NCBI GenBank assembly: GCA_008932965.1
Contig: WBXG01000054.1
Span: forward strand, 1-11,931
Origin: Verrucomicrobiota bacterium
GTDB lineage: Bacteria > Verrucomicrobiota > Verrucomicrobiia > Chthoniobacterales > UBA6821
Length of the DNA stretch: 11,931 nt
Direction: 5' to 3'
The notes under the pieces are model-generated. The model did no database searches, had not been told where the DNA came from, and saw nothing but the letters and a program-made list of their open reading frames with translations. This document shows, one piece after another, positions 7,605 to 11,931 of the stretch. Every line of letters starts with the position of its first letter. Position 1 is the first letter of the stretch. The translations under genes were made by a program, and so were the position numbers.

Positions 7605-8423
7605 ATGCAATGGGAGTTGAACTTTTCTCGATCCAAATTAAGAGGTTACACGTTTTTTAATAGGACATTTTTGAATACTGTGGCACTACTTCTTGCCATC
7701 GGTTGGTCAATAAAAACAGTTGTTGATTACTCCAAAGCGGAAAAGAACTATGAGATTCTTTTAAAAAAAGAAGAGAAGGTCAAAAAATCATTGAGCAGAT
7801 CTAGACTTGATGAACTTAAAAGAGCACACGAAGAAGATGTGCTGATAGAAAATTTTCTAAGCCAATGGTTTAAAAATTACCAAATCATTTTGCCCAGAGA
7901 GCGTCTTTTTGAATCTCAAGAACAATTCGAAGATCAGTGGCAGAGGGATATAATAGCGATCCAAGAGAAAGCAAAAAAAAGATTCGTAACACTTCCAGTT
8001 CCCTTTTACTTAGGAAATTCTCAGCCACAAGGGGCCACTCACTCACCAGAAGAGTTATTGCAACATAGCAAAGAGGAATTTCACCTTTTCTGGATAGCAG
8101 ACCATCTTTGTGAATATCCAAATTACCAAATCGAAGAGTTCACTTATAAAAAAGATTTCAAAAGATTAGAATTCATCAATGCTGAAACATTAGGATCGCT
8201 AATAATAGTAATTAGAATCAATGAATCAACATTTCAAAAAATATTAAACGGGATATTAGCAAGTCCTTATTATCTTATTATAGAAAATATAACAATAGAA
8301 AATAATAATAAAATTGGGCCACAACATTTATTAGAAGAAAAAAATGATTCTATAAAAAAAATTTTAGGTGGTGATAAACTAAAAATTTCAATGAAAATAA
8401 CTTTGTTAGATTTTAGCACATGA
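7605..8423 (+). CDS. Membrane-anchored coiled-coil protein, Amuc_1100-like (PilO/PilN-like topology)
   Basis: 272-aa ORF. N-terminal TM FLNTVALLLAIGWSIKTVV, then a Lys/Glu-rich coiled coil. The C-terminal blocks ESTFQKILNGILASPYYLIIENITIENNN and IKKILGGDKLKISMKITLLDF line up with my recollection of Akkermansia Amuc_1100 (ESVLKAMNAITGMQDYLFTVNSIRIRNE and IKPYMGKEQVFVQVSLNLVHF). The stop overlaps the next start (ATGA). The family assignment rests on memory and needs an HMM check. Confidence 0.6.
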   Translation: MQWELNFSRSKLRGYTFFNRTFLNTVALLLAIGWSIKTVVDYSKAEKNYEILLKKEEKVKKSLSRSRLDELKRAHEEDVLIENFLSQWFKNYQIILPRERLFESQEQFEDQWQRDIIAIQEKAKKRFVTLPVPFYLGNSQPQGATHSPEELLQHSKEEFHLFWIADHLCEYPNYQIEEFTYKKDFKRLEFINAETLGSLIIVIRINESTFQKILNGILASPYYLIIENITIENNNKIGPQHLLEEKNDSIKKILGGDKLKISMKITLLDFST

Positions 8424-9472
8424 AAACAAGGAGATATTATTACTTACTTATTATCATTGGATGTATCATGATTGTCTTCTTTTTAAACATCATAAGAAAA
8501 AGTATTTTTAAAGAAATCGTTTTTTTAGATAAAAAAAAGGAAGACCTCTTCATGGATAGTAGTACTCAACATAGAAAAATATATCATCTACAAGATATGG
8601 AAGATCTATTAAAAATTCAATTATCAAGTAAGGGTATAGAAGATGGACACCTTTTTTCTACAAGAATTTATTATAGTAGAAAAGGCATATTACATGATCT
8701 CCAGGAAGAGGTAACGTTACTTTATCCACCTGTTCCTAATCAATGGCTTATTGATCATGATCTGGATTACTCCAATCCCAATATCCTCAACGAAGATTCC
8801 GATAATGATGGATTTACTAATTTAGAGGAGTGGGCAGGAGAGGAACCTTATCAGGCTCCAGGAACTCAATCATCAGATCCTAATAACCCCAATTCACATC
8901 CACTCCTGTGGACTAAATTAAGAGGCAATATCAATTCTTTGCATAAAAATAACTATTATTTTGATTTCATAGGAACAGAGAAAAATAATCAAGGAGAGTA
9001 TTTCCTTATACAACCACAAACTCCAATTCCCGATAAAAACACTCAAGGAAAAAACATACTAACTAAAAAAGTAAAGCATCTTAAAATAGGTGAACGAATT
9101 GCAGATTTACCGATCGCTCTCTCTTATTATTCGAATGATGAAACCATATATAAAGATATTCATTACGATATCAGCACACTCACGCTGAGGCAAAGTGTAA
9201 CAGGGGAATCTTGGTCACTAGTTAGGAAAAGTTCTTTTCATCCTCAATCCTCACTGGTTTCTATTATTGATGCTATTACGTTTGATTATAAATTAAATTC
9301 TTCGGCTCAGAAAATCTATGCCATCAACGGTTCTTTTTTTAAGTTAGAAGATTTAGAAGCAAGTGAAAGTGAAATATATCAACTGATAAGACTCGACTCT
9401 AAGGAAGCGGTAGTCGAACGCAATGGACATCATTATTCAATCCCAATTACTAATGAATTTAACAATCTTTAA
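8420..9472 (+). CDS. Membrane-anchored hypothetical protein with a thrombospondin-type-3-like acidic Ca-binding motif (position equivalent to Amuc_1099)
   Basis: 350-aa ORF, coupled to the upstream gene by an ATGA overlap. N-terminal TM YYYLLIIIGCIMIVFFLNII. DSDNDGFTNLEEWAGEE...SSDPNNPNS (8795-8896) resembles the D-x-D-x-DG-x-x-N/D-x-x-E repeat. Located immediately upstream of the secretin. Confidence 0.7.
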   Translation: MKTRRYYYLLIIIGCIMIVFFLNIIRKSIFKEIVFLDKKKEDLFMDSSTQHRKIYHLQDMEDLLKIQLSSKGIEDGHLFSTRIYYSRKGILHDLQEEVTLLYPPVPNQWLIDHDLDYSNPNILNEDSDNDGFTNLEEWAGEEPYQAPGTQSSDPNNPNSHPLLWTKLRGNINSLHKNNYYFDFIGTEKNNQGEYFLIQPQTPIPDKNTQGKNILTKKVKHLKIGERIADLPIALSYYSNDETIYKDIHYDISTLTLRQSVTGESWSLVRKSSFHPQSSLVSIIDAITFDYKLNSSAQKIYAINGSFFKLEDLEASESEIYQLIRLDSKEAVVERNGHHYSIPITNEFNNL

Positions 9473-11931
9473 CACCAATAAATTTTCTTTTTTAATCACC
9501 CTTGCATCTATTTTTTTTGGCTTAGAGAGATTTTCTTTTAGTAACACTCAAGAAGTAGGTCAAAAAGAGGAAAAACAAATTATTATTAATGCACAAAGAA
9601 AGATGGCAGAATGTAAAATGCATTTAGGAATAAATGCACTAAGGAATAAAAAATATCTTTTAGCCTTTAACTATTATAAAGGGGCCATTGATGAATTAGA
9701 GAAGCCAAAAGCAGCATTAATGCCGCTCTATCAGGAAGCTTTATACTTACTCAATAACACAGCTGTTTTGCTTATATTAGAATATTTATCATTTTATAAA
9801 TATGATGATGCAAAACATATTGCGTCTGTTATTACTAACAGAAAGTACTTTTTTGATTATCCTCCAAAAAATTATTTAGTACCAAAAATATCACATATCA
9901 CCGCAAAAAAGACTATCACTTTTACTCAAGAGAAATCAGAAACACTCGAGACGATTTTATTAAGAGCTATCGATTTTTATCAACAGGAGAATTGGAAAAG
10001 TGCTTCTGATTCATTTCATGAAGCACTTCGTATGGATCCTAATAACGATACATCGCTTATTGGCTTATTACTTATCCAACAACAAGAGAAATGTGAATTG
10101 AAGCTTCATGCTGATGAACAGCAAAACGAGATGTTAGAAAAGGTAGATCAGTCTTGGCAATTACCTATTTCCAGTTGTGAAAATGTTAATCAAACTACCA
10201 CAAATCTACCTATTACTAACAACATTGATTTGATTAGAAAAAAAATCGATAGGATTATTATACCAAACATAGAATTTATTGACACACCTCTTCAATCATC
10301 TCTAGAGCAGATCAGGAATCAAGCTTTCCTTTTAGATAGCGATGAAAATGATTCTAATAAAAAAGGCATTAATATTGTGTTAGCATGTAATTTAAAAAAA
10401 CTTATCCCTGAACCTAAGATTACATTATCACTATTAGATACCCCCTTGCATGAAATACTTAAATATGTAACACAGCAGGCACACATGCAGTTGAGAATTG
10501 ATCCCTATTCTATAGCTATTATTCCGGAAAATGAACCTCAAGAAATACTAGTAACTAAAGATTTCAGAGTCCCATCTGATTTTATTTCTCAAATTTCAGC
10601 ATCATTTCCCTCGAATTATATTAATAGTGAAAATAAGAGCTCGAAAAAAATAGAGGCTCTTTCCATAAAAGATATTTTACTCTCCCAAGGTATTACCTTT
10701 CCTCCTGGGGCTACAGCTCACTTTCTTCCTTCAAAGAACATTCTTGTGGTTAAAAACAGTCCATCAAACATCAACTTAATAGGCTCGTTAGTAGAAAATT
10801 CTTTCCCTAGTTCATTAAAACAAGTCGAAATTGAAGCCCGATTCCTTGAAGTAAAACAAAATAATAGTAAAGAACGGGGTGTTAATTGGCTTTTAGGAGT
10901 ATTCCAACTTGGAAACAATATCAATTCAGTAAGTAGCAGAATTGAAAACAAAACGAGGGATCCTGAATCAGAGCAGCATTTTTTAAATAATAGCAATCCT
11001 AATTCAAATTCTACGAATATTGAAAAGAATTTAGGGCAATCAGGCATAAGCGCTCATGCATTAGAAACATTATTATTTGGCAACCCAGCAGGGTCAGCGC
11101 TAGGCATGCTCACTCTGGCTGGAGTGCTTTCAAACAATCAATTTCAGGTTATACTCCGGGCTATTAATCAACACAAAGGAGTAGATCTCCTCTCTGCTCC
11201 TAAAGTCACTGTCTCTAGCGGAAAAAAAGCTACGATTCGAGTTGCTCGAGAATTCCCCTACCCAGCAGATTATTCTCCACCTCAAATTCCCCAAAATCAA
11301 GGCACTAGCGTCAATCCAGCGATTCCGACAACACCCTCCTCTTTCAAAAAACGTAATGTTGGAGTTGAACTAGAGGTCAAACCAATCGTTGATGCTAATA
11401 ATAATAGTATAGAGTTAAGCCTTTCTCCAGAAATTGTGGAGTTTCAAGGATTTGTTAACTACGGGAATCCTATTTTTTCACAAGCCCCTGTTTTTTTGGG
11501 AGGAATGACAAATGTTATTACTTCAACAACACACGTTCTTCTTACACAAAACAATATTAACCAGCCTGTCTTTAGCGTGAGAGAAGTAAATACCCAGGTA
11601 GTGCTCCACGATGGTCAAACAGTTGTTTTGGGTGGGCTTATGCGTGAGGATATTAAAAAAGTAGAAGAGAAGATCCCTGTTATTAGCAGCATTCCTATTG
11701 CAGGTTCCTTGTTTCGCTCTTCCTCCGAACAAAAAATTAAACGCAATCTACTCATTTTTGTCACAGTGCATCTCTTGGATCCCTCTGGTAAAATCACCCC
11801 TCCAAAACAAAACCCCTCCCCTAGTTCAAGAGTGACTAAAAACTCCAGAGAGGCTTCGTTAACCCGCATATTTCATACTGATTCGTCGCGAGGCGCCGCG
11901 AATCCTGATGCAGACAAGGAAGGTGATGGAT
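9453..11931 (+). CDS. Secretin-family outer-membrane channel with an N-terminal TPR-like extension (Amuc_1098/PilQ/GspD-like), 3' end not in window
   Basis: Not in the ORF track. I translated frame 3 codon by codon from 9414 to 11930 and found no stop. ATG 9453 gives a signal-peptide-like MNLTIFNTNKFSFLITLASIFFGL (alternative ATG at 9423). A TPR-like segment follows (LLRAIDFYQQENWKSASDSFHEALRMDPNN). Next come N-domain-like blocks (IIIPNIEFIDTPLQSSLEQIRNQ; LLSQGITFPPGATAHFLPSKNILVVKNSPSNINLIGSLV). The secretin core is VEIEARFLEV ... FQVILRAINQHKGVDLLSAPKVTVSSGKKATIRVAREFPYP ... VGVELEVKPIV ... QVVLHDGQTVVLGGLMRED ... KIPVISSIPIAGSLFRS ... KRNLLIFVTVHLLD. Confidence 0.85.
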   Translation, partial: MNLTIFNTNKFSFLITLASIFFGLERFSFSNTQEVGQKEEKQIIINAQRKMAECKMHLGINALRNKKYLLAFNYYKGAIDELEKPKAALMPLYQEALYLLNNTAVLLILEYLSFYKYDDAKHIASVITNRKYFFDYPPKNYLVPKISHITAKKTITFTQEKSETLETILLRAIDFYQQENWKSASDSFHEALRMDPNNDTSLIGLLLIQQQEKCELKLHADEQQNEMLEKVDQSWQLPISSCENVNQTTTNLPITNNIDLIRKKIDRIIIPNIEFIDTPLQSSLEQIRNQAFLLDSDENDSNKKGINIVLACNLKKLIPEPKITLSLLDTPLHEILKYVTQQAHMQLRIDPYSIAIIPENEPQEILVTKDFRVPSDFISQISASFPSNYINSENKSSKKIEALSIKDILLSQGITFPPGATAHFLPSKNILVVKNSPSNINLIGSLVENSFPSSLKQVEIEARFLEVKQNNSKERGVNWLLGVFQLGNNINSVSSRIENKTRDPESEQHFLNNSNPNSNSTNIEKNLGQSGISAHALETLLFGNPAGSALGMLTLAGVLSNNQFQVILRAINQHKGVDLLSAPKVTVSSGKKATIRVAREFPYPADYSPPQIPQNQGTSVNPAIPTTPSSFKKRNVGVELEVKPIVDANNNSIELSLSPEIVEFQGFVNYGNPIFSQAPVFLGGMTNVITSTTHVLLTQNNINQPVFSVREVNTQVVLHDGQTVVLGGLMREDIKKVEEKIPVISSIPIAGSLFRSSSEQKIKRNLLIFVTVHLLDPSGKITPPKQNPSPSSRVTKNSREASLTRIFHTDSSRGAANPDADKEGDG
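11861..11931 (+). repeat. ~180-nt structured intergenic repeat, copy D (truncated by window end)
   Basis: AACCCGCATATTTCATACTGATTCGTCGCGAGGCGCCGCGAATCCTGATGCAGACAAGG aligns to the 5' block of copies A-C in the same orientation. It shares the left-arm core TTTCATACTGAT with copy A and the CCGCGAA...CTGATG segment. Confidence 0.6.

Noticed and set aside
9511-9518. T8 run as a terminator after the 350-aa gene.
   Set aside because: There is no preceding stem. It lies inside the secretin signal-peptide coding region, where it encodes the hydrophobic IFFG segment.
1076-11869. Track ORFs 1076..1399(-), 2666..2848(-), 3463..3675(+), 4572..4841(-), 4733..4945(-), 5596..5781(-), 6667..6912(-), 6866..7054(+), 7885..8121(-), 10718..11047(-), 11523..11732(-) and 11615..11869(-).
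   Set aside because: Each lies inside, antisense to, or out of frame with a much longer ORF that has clear family motifs (accA, sigma, comM, cca, the 272-aa gene, the secretin), or lies on the repeat. None shows a recognisable motif.
9473-11931. Suspicion that the ORF-free stretch in the track reflects stop-codon reassignment, a pseudogene or a long non-coding region.
   Set aside because: Codon-by-codon reading of frame 3 shows no TAA, TAG or TGA at all from 9414 to 11930. The ORF is simply unterminated within the window, so standard code and an intact gene are the simplest reading.

Overview
This is a low-GC bacterial chromosomal segment, probably from a Verrucomicrobiota/PVC-group organism (inferred from gene content only).

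**Left ~7.5 kb: housekeeping genes.** It holds a LysM protein whose frame is open to the window edge, accA, and rsmI, which converges on accA and overlaps it by 40 nt. These are followed by a sigma-70-family factor, a small hypothetical ORF, a ComM/YifB-type Mg-chelatase-like ATPase and a CCA-adding enzyme.

**Right ~4.4 kb: AT-rich three-gene block.** It encodes two N-terminally membrane-anchored proteins and a TPR + secretin ORF of at least 826 codons. That ORF is missing from the supplied ORF track because it has no stop codon before the window ends. From recalled sequences, I read the block as the Amuc_1100 / Amuc_1099 / Amuc_1098-type pilus-like envelope system of Verrucomicrobia. The PilM-like and Amuc_1102-like genes are not immediately upstream here.

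**Repeat family.** Four same-orientation copies of a ~180-nt intergenic element are present: one solo copy, one tandem pair, and one cut by the window end. Each has ~22-bp terminal inverted repeats, a conserved small hairpin, a long-range helix and an internal hairpin. The arms of the internal hairpin differ completely between copies yet still pair. The element looks like a MITE but behaves like a structured RNA. I do not recognise it as a known RNA family.

No tRNA, rRNA or CRISPR array was seen.
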